A stretch of DNA of 64,000 nt. It comes from Acidimicrobiaceae bacterium. GTDB lineage: Bacteria; Actinomycetota; Acidimicrobiia; Acidimicrobiales; MedAcidi-G1. The position numbers and the translations under genes are program-made. This document shows, one piece after another, positions 29,027 through 38,181 of the stretch (position 1 is the stretch's first letter; every line of letters starts with the position of its first letter). The notes under the pieces were generated by a model that made no database searches, had not been told where the DNA came from, and was given only the letters and a program-made list of their open reading frames with translations. Where the stretch lies: assembly GCA_002716285.1 (NCBI GenBank), contig PBAM01000010.1, forward strand, positions 15,403-79,402, written 5' to 3'.

Positions 29027-29413
29027 AGTGATTCCATCTTCTGAGATGACCACCAAATCTCCTGTTGAATATGTTTCATATTCACTTTTTTCGACAACAA
29101 CAATTGGCATGGCTTTTCCATAAATTTCGTCAGCAACAATTGAACCCAGAGCGATTATTTCATCTGCTTCCATCATTATTATTCCAGCGGGACCGGAACC
29201 TGAACGGATTCCTTCTGCTATGACTGAACTTCCGCTACTCGACCCTCTTCCGAAAGGCATCATTAAAACTTTTCCTTTTACTGACATTCCAACTTGTGGG
29301 TGCCTCAAATCAGTAATCTTGCCTGTTTCAGGATCAACTCCTCCCCAAAAACTAAGTGGTTCATCCAGTTTTAAAACTTTCCCATTCGCTTTTCCCTCAA
29401 CTAAAAAAATCAT
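29018..29413 (-). CDS. Aconitase X small (swiveling) subunit, DUF126
   Basis: PLSFWGGVDPETG.I.D..HPQ.G, GRGSSSGS. Confidence 0.9.
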   Translation of the reverse strand: MIFLVEGKANGKVLKLDEPLSFWGGVDPETGKITDLRHPQVGMSVKGKVLMMPFGRGSSSGSSVIAEGIRSGSGPAGIIMMEADEIIALGSIVADEIYGKAMPIVVVEKSEYETYSTGDLVVISEDGITLS

Positions 29414-29416
29414 AGA

Positions 29417-30685
29417 TTAACCATCAACCCAAATTTTATTGTCAATAGATAAATCTCCAGAAATGCCTGAAGCTACACAATCTTCAACAGCTCCAAAAAT
29501 AACTTCAACCCCTAAATTACCTGGAGCGTAATATGCCCATTTAGCCGAGTCAGTCATAACAGGCAGAGTCACAGCTTCCATAATGGGTGTGATGTAGGTG
29601 CACGTATCTGTAACGAAAATAACTCCTGCATCTTCCAAAGGTTTTATAAAACCTCGTAAAGAAGCTTCCGTTAGAACATCTCTACCTGTAGATACATAAA
29701 AGTTGACTTCCGGATTAACAGATTCACTGTTGAAAAGTTCGAAAAGTTTCTTTATTTCCTGCACAGAGTAATGAGGAGTGCCAAGACTTACTGCCCCTAT
29801 TCTTGAATCTGAAGCAGTGCTCAATTCATCTCGCGCTGCGATTATTTTTTCTGATGTCACATCTATCACATCAGTTGGATCTGATCCTAAGAAAGCTTCT
29901 TCAGTAGTTGATGCTTCGGGGGTACTTCCCACTGCATGGAACATACCGACAGATCCAGATGCCGCGGCTGCGGCTCCCAGTGCTTTCAAACGGTCTTCAC
30001 TTACCCCGTTGGGTAAACCTTGAATAACAGGAATACCGCTACCTGAATTTTTTCCTATCAAATGTCCTAAAACCGGATAAAAAACATCACGATCAAGTAG
30101 TGAGTCGTTCAGTCCATCAACTCGAAACAAAATGTCGCCTTTACGGTTCTCATCTAAATGAAGTCCAGCTGCTGGAGCTCTGCCACAAATTGCTGCACAG
30201 ATATCAATAAAATCTCCATATCTGTGTGTTCGGGCGCCTAAAACAGAATTCGCGAAAACTATTGCATTCGACTCAGCCCAAGCCACTTGTTCTCCGAACT
30301 TGGGCCTCTCTTCCAGTTGATAAGGAGCACACGTCCAAGTCGGTTTACATCCCATTCGTTCGTAACAGTCCATTAACAGCCTTGCCTGAATACCCCAATC
30401 TTCATCCCCGCGATATAAGTCTGGATGTATCAGGTCAAGTGAGGAAACATTTAAAGTTGTGGGAATTTTTACTTTGGCTTCTTGATCTTCTAACCATTTT
30501 GCAAAATCTAAAACTGCTGGGCCGTGATAAAGACATGAATCAATGTGTGCTGAAGTTACATCTAGAAGTTCTGTGGCTTTCATTGCTTCGGCTAAACGCA
30601 CTATTACTCTCATTGCAGAAGCCGCAGCAGGACCTTCTTGTCCATCCAAACAACTCTGATCAAATTCAGAAAGATTAACAGTCAC
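29417..30685 (-). CDS. Aconitase X large catalytic subunit, DUF521
   Basis: AHIDSC, PTTLN, TCAPY, WAESNAIVFANSVLGART, TPEA, DTC, TDSAK. Confidence 0.9.
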   Translation of the reverse strand: MTVNLSEFDQSCLDGQEGPAAASAMRVIVRLAEAMKATELLDVTSAHIDSCLYHGPAVLDFAKWLEDQEAKVKIPTTLNVSSLDLIHPDLYRGDEDWGIQARLLMDCYERMGCKPTWTCAPYQLEERPKFGEQVAWAESNAIVFANSVLGARTHRYGDFIDICAAICGRAPAAGLHLDENRKGDILFRVDGLNDSLLDRDVFYPVLGHLIGKNSGSGIPVIQGLPNGVSEDRLKALGAAAAASGSVGMFHAVGSTPEASTTEEAFLGSDPTDVIDVTSEKIIAARDELSTASDSRIGAVSLGTPHYSVQEIKKLFELFNSESVNPEVNFYVSTGRDVLTEASLRGFIKPLEDAGVIFVTDTCTYITPIMEAVTLPVMTDSAKWAYYAPGNLGVEVIFGAVEDCVASGISGDLSIDNKIWVDG

Positions 30686-30691
30686 CTAATA

Positions 30692-30697
30692 AACTTA
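30692..30697 (-). promoter_or_regulatory. Putative -10 element (TAAGTT), leaderless acnX transcript
   Basis: TANNNT 6 nt before GTG 30685. Confidence 0.45.
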
Positions 30698-30729
30698 GAG
30701 GTTTAATAGATAGGAGCCTTACTTTTCAA

Positions 30730-31347
30730 TTAACAAACTGGGGCTTCTTGCGGTTCAGGAGAAGCTTGACCGCTTATTGTTAACTTTTGTCCCACGAAAA
30801 GCAGATTGGGGTCGCTGATGTTATTCATGGACATGACTTCATCAACCGTAACACCCTCTCGCTTTGCTATTTTTGACAGCGAATCCCCTGCTTCAACAAT
30901 GACGGTTCTAAGAGATTCTTCTGTTTCATCCGTCTCGACTTCTTGCTCGGGGTCATTGAGAAGTATCACTTGCCCCACATAAATTGAGTTCACATTGCAA
31001 ATGCCGTTAATTCTCGCAAGTTTTTCAGCTGTAGTTCCATTAGCTTTTGCAATCTCTGATAAAGAATCTCCAGCGGTTACCGTTACAGATCCAACTGGTT
31101 CAGGTTCTGTTTCCTCAGGCTCAACTACGACAGTTGTTGTCGTAGTTTCGATGACAACTGGAACAATAGTTGCTGGCGCAGCATAACTCGTTGTTGTCAT
31201 AGGGACCGTGGTCGACAAGTCCATAAGAGTCGTAGTCGGAGCTATGGTAGCTGGCACCAGTACAGGCTCTTCGTCTCCACCTCCACACGCGCTGATGATG
31301 AGCAAGGAAAGTCCGCCGAGTAGAAACTTGGCTATATTTGACCTCAT
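30730..31347 (-). CDS. LysM-domain lipoprotein (two LysM repeats, Thr/Pro-rich linker)
   Basis: Lipobox-like ISAC; TVTAGDSLSEIA and IVEAGDSLSKIA LysM repeats. Confidence 0.88.
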   Translation of the reverse strand: MRSNIAKFLLGGLSLLIISACGGGDEEPVLVPATIAPTTTLMDLSTTVPMTTTSYAAPATIVPVVIETTTTTVVVEPEETEPEPVGSVTVTAGDSLSEIAKANGTTAEKLARINGICNVNSIYVGQVILLNDPEQEVETDETEESLRTVIVEAGDSLSKIAKREGVTVDEVMSMNNISDPNLLFVGQKLTISGQASPEPQEAPVC

Positions 31348-31353
31348 AACTAA

Positions 31354-31359
31354 AGCATA
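31354..31359 (-). promoter_or_regulatory. Putative -10 element (TATGCT), leaderless LysM transcript
   Basis: TANNNT 6 nt before ATG 31347. Confidence 0.45.
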
Positions 31360-31406
31360 GGTTCATGGGTGTGACAGTTTCGCGCACCCCCCCACAAATT
31401 TTATTT

Positions 31407-33398
31407 TCAGATAACTCTGTCACTTCCTCCATCAGTGGGAACGGAAGCTCCAGTTGTTGTAGAAAAATCATCGGTGCAAAGTGAAATCGCTGAACGTGCG
31501 ACTGCTTTTGACGTAACTTCAACTGAAAGAAGATTCCTTTTCTTGTACTCTTCAGGGCTGATTCCATAATTTGAAGCTCTTTCCGCAATAAGCTCTTCGT
31601 TCCATAAACCTGTGTCAAAAACTGCATCCGGATGAACCAGATTTACCCGTGTTTTATTAGGCGCCCATTCCAAAGCTGCTACTCTGCATAATTGTTGTAA
31701 GGCGGCTTTCGAGGCTGAATATGCAGCTGCTCCTTTGCCTGGAGCTGGCACATTTTTAGAACCTATTACTGCGACTCTTCCTCCTATTGGTGATAGAGCA
31801 AGTAGAGGGCCAATACTCCCAAATAGCGACTGTACCGAGTCAACATTAACGGACATGACTCTTCGCCATTCTTCTGAATCAAGGTCTTCAATAGCTACTG
31901 AATTTCCGAAAATGCCTGCTGCTACTACTGCAATGTCTAAACCGCCGAATCTCTCGACACCTGTCTTGATCGCCGCATCTACCTCTTCAGTTTTTGTGAC
32001 ATCAGCTTCTATACCTACCCAGTCATCACCGGCAAAAACTTTGTTGACCTCTGGGTTTAAATCAAGACCGATGACTGCACTTCCTAGTCGTTTAAGTTCT
32101 TCTGCACAAGCCTTACCAATTCCAGAAGCTGCACCTGTAACAAGTGACACTGCTCCACTTAGTTCAGGAGGTTTGCCGGATTTTCGCAATTTGGCCTGTT
32201 CTAAGTCCCAATATTCAACGTCAAACAGTTCTTCTGCAGAAAGTGCTTTATAACCGCCGAGATGATCCTCTGATCTGCATAGAACAGGGATTGTGTGATG
32301 ATAAATGTCAGCTGCTATTTGTGCATCGTTTGCTGTAAAACCTGCAGTAAGCATTCCAATTTCAGGGTCTAGGACTATTCGCGGAGCGGGGTCTATTTCT
32401 GTGAATTCGGTTCTGATCCTGTGACGAAATTCTTCGACATAAGATTCATACTCCTGCACGTAGAGATTTAGTGATTCTTGACTTGCACCCACCATCGGGA
32501 AACGTTTTGTTCGAATAATGTGGTCAGGTGTCAGAGGTCCTCTGCGAGCGAGATCTTCGTAATCGTCGCGTTGCACAAAGCCTGCCACTTCGCTATCCGT
32601 ATGTCTTCTGACGATCATTGGTTTCCCCGCTGTATTCGACATCTGATAACGCAATCGTGCTAAATCCGTTAGGAGAATTTCCGCTGGTAATGAATTTTCT
32701 TTTTGGGAGTCAACAGGTGCTTCTTTTTCTAACCATGTTTCGGCTTTCTTAATCAATTGCATATGCATTTCATAAGCGGTTTGCGAATCATCTCCGAAAG
32801 TAAAAAGACCATGATTCAAAAGAACCATGCCTCGCGTCTCATCATGAAATTGTGATGTCCAGTTTTTTCTGACTTCTTGAGCTAAATCGAAGCCCGGCAT
32901 AACGTATGGAATGACAATCACTTCATCGCCAAATATGTCTCTTACAACTTCATCAGGAGCATTCATGCCTGCCAAGTTTGTGAGGGTAACAATTACATCC
33001 GCATGTGAATGCTGCACGGCTCTAAAAGGAATAAATGCATGAAGCAATGTCTCGACTGAAGGATTTGGGGATCCTGGATCTAGTTTCGCTGCAGACAACT
33101 CGCGCATCATGTCTAAATCACTTAACTCTCCGAGCTCTAGAAGTTCTTTAAGTCTGGGAAGATCCAGAGGTGTCAAGCCTGGCACTTCGAGGCTTCCCAT
33201 ATCCCATCCTGAACCTTTTACATATATGGCGTCGCGGTCTTGACCAGTTATATCGGGCCGTGAAGCCTTAACTGAGGAATTTCCGCCGCCGTGTAAGACC
33301 AAGTTCGTGTCGCCACCAATAAGCCTGCTGAAGTGGGCGCATGCTTCAACCGGATCGTCAGGGCTTTCCAAAGTGGTTTTTTTAGATTTTTCCATCAC
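31407..33398 (-). CDS. Bifunctional class II aldolase / short-chain dehydrogenase (RhaD/YuxG-like fusion)
   Basis: LVLHGGGNSSVK, PSVETLLH, HSHAD, LLNHG, TPDH; C-terminal TGAASGIG and YSASK. Confidence 0.88.
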   Translation of the reverse strand: MMEKSKKTTLESPDDPVEACAHFSRLIGGDTNLVLHGGGNSSVKASRPDITGQDRDAIYVKGSGWDMGSLEVPGLTPLDLPRLKELLELGELSDLDMMRELSAAKLDPGSPNPSVETLLHAFIPFRAVQHSHADVIVTLTNLAGMNAPDEVVRDIFGDEVIVIPYVMPGFDLAQEVRKNWTSQFHDETRGMVLLNHGLFTFGDDSQTAYEMHMQLIKKAETWLEKEAPVDSQKENSLPAEILLTDLARLRYQMSNTAGKPMIVRRHTDSEVAGFVQRDDYEDLARRGPLTPDHIIRTKRFPMVGASQESLNLYVQEYESYVEEFRHRIRTEFTEIDPAPRIVLDPEIGMLTAGFTANDAQIAADIYHHTIPVLCRSEDHLGGYKALSAEELFDVEYWDLEQAKLRKSGKPPELSGAVSLVTGAASGIGKACAEELKRLGSAVIGLDLNPEVNKVFAGDDWVGIEADVTKTEEVDAAIKTGVERFGGLDIAVVAAGIFGNSVAIEDLDSEEWRRVMSVNVDSVQSLFGSIGPLLALSPIGGRVAVIGSKNVPAPGKGAAAYSASKAALQQLCRVAALEWAPNKTRVNLVHPDAVFDTGLWNEELIAERASNYGISPEEYKKRNLLSVEVTSKAVARSAISLCTDDFSTTTGASVPTDGGSDRVI

Positions 33399-33405
33399 CT
33401 TTACC

Positions 33406-34464
33406 CTACAAAGATGCCTTCGATAGTAAGTCTTCTATCGATTTGGAATAATCGCTTCTTAGGACCCCGTATTCGGTGATTATCCCAGTAATCAGTTCTG
33501 CTGGTGTTACGTCAAAAGCGGGATTCCATATCTCAACTCCTTCAGTGGGGACATTCACCTTTTCCATTCCACGCACTTCATTGGGGTCTCTCTGTTCAAT
33601 TTTTATATCTTGACCATTTGATGTATTCGGGTCGAAAGTAGTAGTTGGAGCTGCGACATAAAAAGGAACGCCGGCATTACGAGCAGAAACAGCGTGCGTG
33701 AAAGTGCCAATCTTGTTAGCTGCGTCTCCGTTTGTGGCTATACGGTCGGCTCCGACAACCACGGCATCGACACGGCCTGATGCCATAAGAGAACACGCAG
33801 AGGAATCTGGGATAACAGTTACAGCTATTCCAGCGTTAGAAAGCTCCCAAGCGGTGAGTCGTGCCCCTTGAAGCAGTGGCCGGGTTTCAGCAGCGAAAAC
33901 CTCCACTTCTTGCCCAGCTAATACTTTCCCGTATATGACTCCCAGAGCTGTACCAATACCTGTTGTGGCTAGACGTCCAGCATTGCAATGAGTCATCAGA
34001 GTCTTATAAGTAGAAAGTTCTTCTGCTCCGTGTCGACCTATTGCATCGCAAGCGTCACGATCTTCTGCGAAAATCTTGTTTGCTTCGATCAATGCCAGTT
34101 CCCGAATTTCTTCTTTTGACTTTCCCTCTGAAGCCGTCTTTTGCACCCGTCCGACTGCATAGGAAAGATTCACAGCTGTGGGTCTCGTTTCTCCTATTGT
34201 TGTAGCGGCTTCGTTCATCTCAGAAATGACCTGATCAACTTCGTCAGATGCAATTCGATCAATTGCTACAACCACCCCGTAAGCTCCACATGCACCTATG
34301 GCTGGTGCCCCTCGGATGGCCAACCTTTTTATAGCGTCAACTACCTGATCAACTGTTTTGAGTCGTATTACTTTCAACTCTTCTGGTAATAATGTCTGAT
34401 CAATTATCTCTATTTCTTCACCCGTCCAAGCAATTGTTGGTGGGTTGTCAATCGAAATGGTCAT
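33406..34464 (-). CDS. mtnA: S-methyl-5-thioribose-1-phosphate isomerase
   Basis: DQTLLP, RGAPAIG, RPTAVNL, THCNAG.LAT, ETRPLLQGARLTAWE, GADRI, NKIGT, NPAFDVTP. Confidence 0.93.
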   Translation of the reverse strand: MTISIDNPPTIAWTGEEIEIIDQTLLPEELKVIRLKTVDQVVDAIKRLAIRGAPAIGACGAYGVVVAIDRIASDEVDQVISEMNEAATTIGETRPTAVNLSYAVGRVQKTASEGKSKEEIRELALIEANKIFAEDRDACDAIGRHGAEELSTYKTLMTHCNAGRLATTGIGTALGVIYGKVLAGQEVEVFAAETRPLLQGARLTAWELSNAGIAVTVIPDSSACSLMASGRVDAVVVGADRIATNGDAANKIGTFTHAVSARNAGVPFYVAAPTTTFDPNTSNGQDIKIEQRDPNEVRGMEKVNVPTEGVEIWNPAFDVTPAELITGIITEYGVLRSDYSKSIEDLLSKASL

Positions 34465-34541
34465 GCAATCACTCCTAGAAATTAAATTCTATGCCTTCCG
34501 CTAGCACTATGTGTCGCCTATCACCTATCGTCATACTTAAT

Positions 34542-35360
34542 ATGGATTCTAAAGAAAGACCATCAACAAACGTAATTGATGCCCTAAGAGCCAACCATAA
34601 TGACTTGCAGGAGTTCGTTGATTCTCTCACAGGAGATGAATGGCAAATGGCAAGTGCATGCGAAGGATGGCGAGTTCAAGATGTATTCGCTCACGTAACA
34701 AGCAATCTGAAACAATTCGCGGATCCTGACCCACCAAGTGATGAACAAGATCAACTCAGTGCTGAAGAAGCCATGGAAGCACTCGTTTCCCCGCGGAAAG
34801 ACTGGTCTCCAGATGAACTTATCGAAGAATACTATAAATATTTGGAACCAGCTTTAAATGTTTTTTCGAACCTGATAGAAGAACCGACTGCTTCTGTAGA
34901 ACAGCAACTCTCCGATCTAGGCACATACCAACTCAGGTGGTTGCCATATGCTTTTTGTTTCGATCATTACTGTCACCTACGCCATGACATGACATCTCCT
35001 GGAGGTCCCATTGAAAGAGACCTTCCATCAGCAGATGATCTGAGACTTGCTCCTGGTATTGAATGGATGCTTGCAGGTTTGCCACAGATGTGCTCTAAAG
35101 ATTTAACTTCACTGAAGAAACCGGTACTTCTTAGTTTGACTGGACCTGGCGGAGGGAAATGGGTTTTACATAACTCTGGAGAAAATGAACTGATCCAAAT
35201 CGATAATTATTCAGAACAGGAAGTATCTGCCAGTATCACCTCAACGAGTCATGACTTTGTTTCATGGGCGACACACAGGTCTTCCTGGGAAGATTACTGT
35301 TCTCTCGATGGAGACCTGGAGTATGTTTCTTCTTTGATCGGATCAATAAACATTATTTAA
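34542..35360 (+). CDS. Maleylpyruvate isomerase family mycothiol-dependent enzyme (MDMPI/DinB superfamily)
   Basis: W..ASACEGWRVQDVFAH...FDHYCH..HD metal motif; ATG 34542 preferred over the track start at 34491. Confidence 0.8.
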   Translation: MDSKERPSTNVIDALRANHNDLQEFVDSLTGDEWQMASACEGWRVQDVFAHVTSNLKQFADPDPPSDEQDQLSAEEAMEALVSPRKDWSPDELIEEYYKYLEPALNVFSNLIEEPTASVEQQLSDLGTYQLRWLPYAFCFDHYCHLRHDMTSPGGPIERDLPSADDLRLAPGIEWMLAGLPQMCSKDLTSLKKPVLLSLTGPGGGKWVLHNSGENELIQIDNYSEQEVSASITSTSHDFVSWATHRSSWEDYCSLDGDLEYVSSLIGSINII

Positions 35361-35425
35361 CAAAGTCAATAAACGTCATTTATTAACCAAAAGATCTCTA
35401 ACTTTTAAGAAAGGAGTACTCCCCT

Positions 35426-36448
35426 ATGCAAGCAAATCGCTTTAATATCAGGACTCCCCCTGGATCCGATTGGTACGAACTAACCCAAGAAGAAGTTTTG
35501 GAGCCTGATATTCCTATTGTTGATCCCCATCATCATCTGTGGAGGATACCCGGACTCGATTATCTGTTAGAGAATTTGCAAAATGACACCCAATCCGGAC
35601 ATGACGTCAGAAAAACTGTTTTCGTTGAATGCAGTGCCTCATATCGAGATACTGGCCCTGACCATCTCAAACCTGTTGGGGAAACAGAATTTGTAGCTGA
35701 AATAGCTGAAAAATCAAAAGAGGACGCGAAACCTTTGATTACTGGGATAGTCGCCCATGCCGACTTGACGTTGGGAGGAAATGTTGAAGAAGTTATTGAA
35801 GCTCACGAAGTGGCGGGCCGGGGATTGTTTCGTGGTATCAGGCATGCTTTGGCGCATGCTAAGCATCCGGAGCACATGACTATTGTTGGGCGATCTCCTG
35901 CGGGTCTTTATGAAAACAAAAATTTTCAAGAAGGTGTCCGCACTCTGGGACGTCTGGGGTTCACATATGAAAGCTGGCATTACCACTACCAGAATAAAGA
36001 ATTTCTGGAAGTAGCTTCTTCAGCACCTGAGACGACAATAATTCTTGACCATTTCGGGACACCTCTCGGTGTGGGTCCTTATGAAAGCGAACGTGAAGAA
36101 ATTTTTGAGCAATGGTGTTTAGATATCGCTGAAATCTCTGCCTTACCTAATGTGTACGCGAAATTGGGTGGTTTAGCTATGCGTGATAACGGGTTCAATT
36201 GGCACCTTGGGGATCAACCTGCGACATCTGATGAGCTGGTGGAAGCACAAAAACGCTATTACGAACACACCATTGAGTGTTTTGGACCCAACAGGTGCAT
36301 GTTTGAAAGCAATTTTCCCGTTGACAAGCTTTCTATCTCTTACCACGTTCTGTACAACGCTTTTAAGAAAATGGTTTCACACTTTTCAGATTCTGAAAAA
36401 CTAGAAATGTTCAACGGGACAGCTTCCCGCGTTTATAGCCTCAAATGA
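35426..36448 (+). CDS. Amidohydrolase family 2 (lactonase-like) protein
   Basis: IVDPHHHLW, TVFVEC, FRGIR, ILDHFG, KLGG, RCMFESNFPVD; AAAGGAG RBS. Confidence 0.88.
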   Translation: MQANRFNIRTPPGSDWYELTQEEVLEPDIPIVDPHHHLWRIPGLDYLLENLQNDTQSGHDVRKTVFVECSASYRDTGPDHLKPVGETEFVAEIAEKSKEDAKPLITGIVAHADLTLGGNVEEVIEAHEVAGRGLFRGIRHALAHAKHPEHMTIVGRSPAGLYENKNFQEGVRTLGRLGFTYESWHYHYQNKEFLEVASSAPETTIILDHFGTPLGVGPYESEREEIFEQWCLDIAEISALPNVYAKLGGLAMRDNGFNWHLGDQPATSDELVEAQKRYYEHTIECFGPNRCMFESNFPVDKLSISYHVLYNAFKKMVSHFSDSEKLEMFNGTASRVYSLK

Positions 36449-36451
36449 AAA

Positions 36452-37633
36452 TTATAGACAGGAATGTATAGCTGCAATCAGTGATTCAGTTCGAGGGTCT
36501 CCCATCACTGATGTGCCCATTTGATTCATCACATAACCAAAACCGACCTGATGATCTAAATCTCCAAACGCTAGAGATCCTCCTGCTCCTGAGTGGCCAA
36601 AAGATTCTTCCGTAAGCATGGGGCTGGCTTCCAAGGATCTCATGAATCCCATCCCCCAACCTGAATCGAGTACTAGCACCAGGTCAGGACCTCTCGAACT
36701 TTCTTCTTTTGTTTTCATAACAGTTTCATCGTTAATAAGCCTTACGCCATCAACCTCTCCTACACAGGCCGCGTAGATACGAGCCAATGCACGTGCTTCA
36801 CTTATGCCACCTGCTGCTGGTATTTCGGCTGCGTGAACTTGTCTGCTGTTGAAACTTTCAAGTGCGTTCGGGTTGAAAGGGTCGTATGAATCTCCTTTAA
36901 GCATTGCTCCGTCCAAAGTTAAAGCGCGCCAGCCAAGAGTTCCAGTTCCAATTATTGAATCAACCAGCTCTTGGATCATCGGGTCATCTACTGCAGAAGC
37001 CTCGACTATAGGTGCAACCCTGTGTTCTTGTGATTCTGGTAGCCCAATGAAAGAATCAACACCCAAAGGTTTTACGACCTCCTCGTCAAAAAATTCGCCT
37101 ATAGGTCTGCCATCTATTCTTTTGATTATTTCGCCTACGATCCAACCATAAGTAAGAGCGTGGTAGCCATTACTGCTGCCTGGTTCCCATAGTGGCACCT
37201 GCTCTTCCAACGCTCTTAAAACAGGTTCTTTTTCACATATCTCGTCTAACGTAAGCTCAGTGTCCACTGAAGCAAGTCCAGCTTGGTGATTCATACACTG
37301 GGCGACAGTTATCTTCTCTTTTCCGCCTTGAGCGAATTCCGGCCAGTAATGTGATACAGGTTTTTCGTAGTCAAGCTCTCCTCGCTCGTAGAGCATTGCT
37401 GCACAAATGGCAGCTAAGCCTTTGGTGGTTGAGAAGTGAAGCTGTAAAGTGTCACGCTCCCAAGAACGTCCAGAATTTACATCAGCGACGCCTCCCCAAA
37501 TGTCCACGACACTTTCACCTTCCACATAAAGGCAAAAAGCTGCTCCTATTTCTTCGAATTGTTCAAAATTATTTGAAAATGCTTCAGCTACTGCTTCGTA
37601 ACCTTGTGAAACTTCACCATTTATTTCTGTCAT
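36452..37633 (-). CDS. Serine hydrolase / beta-lactamase-family esterase
   Basis: FSTTK (SxxK), YWPEF, HQAG, YHALTYG, FGHSGAGG. Confidence 0.9.
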   Translation of the reverse strand: MTEINGEVSQGYEAVAEAFSNNFEQFEEIGAAFCLYVEGESVVDIWGGVADVNSGRSWERDTLQLHFSTTKGLAAICAAMLYERGELDYEKPVSHYWPEFAQGGKEKITVAQCMNHQAGLASVDTELTLDEICEKEPVLRALEEQVPLWEPGSSNGYHALTYGWIVGEIIKRIDGRPIGEFFDEEVVKPLGVDSFIGLPESQEHRVAPIVEASAVDDPMIQELVDSIIGTGTLGWRALTLDGAMLKGDSYDPFNPNALESFNSRQVHAAEIPAAGGISEARALARIYAACVGEVDGVRLINDETVMKTKEESSRGPDLVLVLDSGWGMGFMRSLEASPMLTEESFGHSGAGGSLAFGDLDHQVGFGYVMNQMGTSVMGDPRTESLIAAIHSCL

Positions 37634-37664
37634 AATTTCCTCACCTTGCTGAAATTAATCTGAG

Positions 37665-37747
37665 TGCCCGAGGTGGGAGTCGAACCCACATGATTTTTCA
37701 ATCCAAGGATTTTAAGTCCTCTGCGTATGCCGTTCCGCCACTCGGGC
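37665..37747 (-). tRNA. tRNA-Leu(UAA), CCA not encoded
   Basis: GCCCGAG acceptor / CTCGGGC-A; D arm TGGCGGAACGGCATACGC; anticodon arm GAGGA-CT-TAA-AA-TCCTT; long variable arm; T arm GTGGG-TTCGACT-CCCAC. Confidence 0.95.
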
Positions 37748-37819
37748 TTCTATCAATGGATACGCTAGCTAAACTCTTGCAACAACACTTCAAAAATAGA
37801 AAAGTTTTGTTTTATAGTC

Positions 37820-38149
37820 CTATGCTGCCTCCTCACAGGCATCCACTGAGGACCATAAAAGAGCTCTGAAAAAGTCTGATCGGTTCTTGTCGAGACTATT
37901 CGCTACTAAAACGCCTTCTATCATGTCAGAAATAACTGCACTATACGGACGTCCAGTAAAAGACACTGAAACGACTGAAAAGTCGACCCCTCGCCTTATA
38001 GATCTGTGAACTTCTTCTATTCGCGGAGGGCTGCGGAAAGTCGGAACTGACAATTTATGGTTGCGCGCAACCTGACCTAGAACTCTGGCAGTTTCTGCAA
38101 ATATAAAACTTGTCATTTCTCTATTTTTCATACTTTTCCAGTATCCCAA
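37820..38149 (-). CDS. Small conserved hypothetical protein (FRSPPR motif)
   Basis: Fills the gap between the tRNA and the nuclease gene; PTFRSPPR...RSIRR...DMIEGV..AN; alternative start ATG 38116. Confidence 0.6.
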   Translation of the reverse strand: MGYWKSMKNREMTSFIFAETARVLGQVARNHKLSVPTFRSPPRIEEVHRSIRRGVDFSVVSVSFTGRPYSAVISDMIEGVLVANSLDKNRSDFFRALLWSSVDACEEAA

Positions 38150-38181
38150 GCATGTGTGACAATAGTGAGGAAGAATGTGTT

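Noticed and set aside
31367-31389. GGGTG...CACCC inverted repeat as a terminator
   Set aside because: Only a short stem on the transcribed strand and no U-tract.
31121-31627. 168-aa ORF bridging the aldolase-SDR and LysM genes, and the many other short track ORFs overlapping called genes
   Set aside because: Off-frame or antisense shadows of well-supported genes, with no recognisable motifs.
36452-37633. Beta-lactam resistance gene
   Set aside because: Motif pattern (FSTTK, YHALTYG, GHSGAGG) fits family VIII esterase-type serine hydrolases; nothing supports resistance.
1-37664. Integrative element or prophage at tRNA-Leu
   Set aside because: No integrase, transposase or phage gene and no att duplication noticed in the window.
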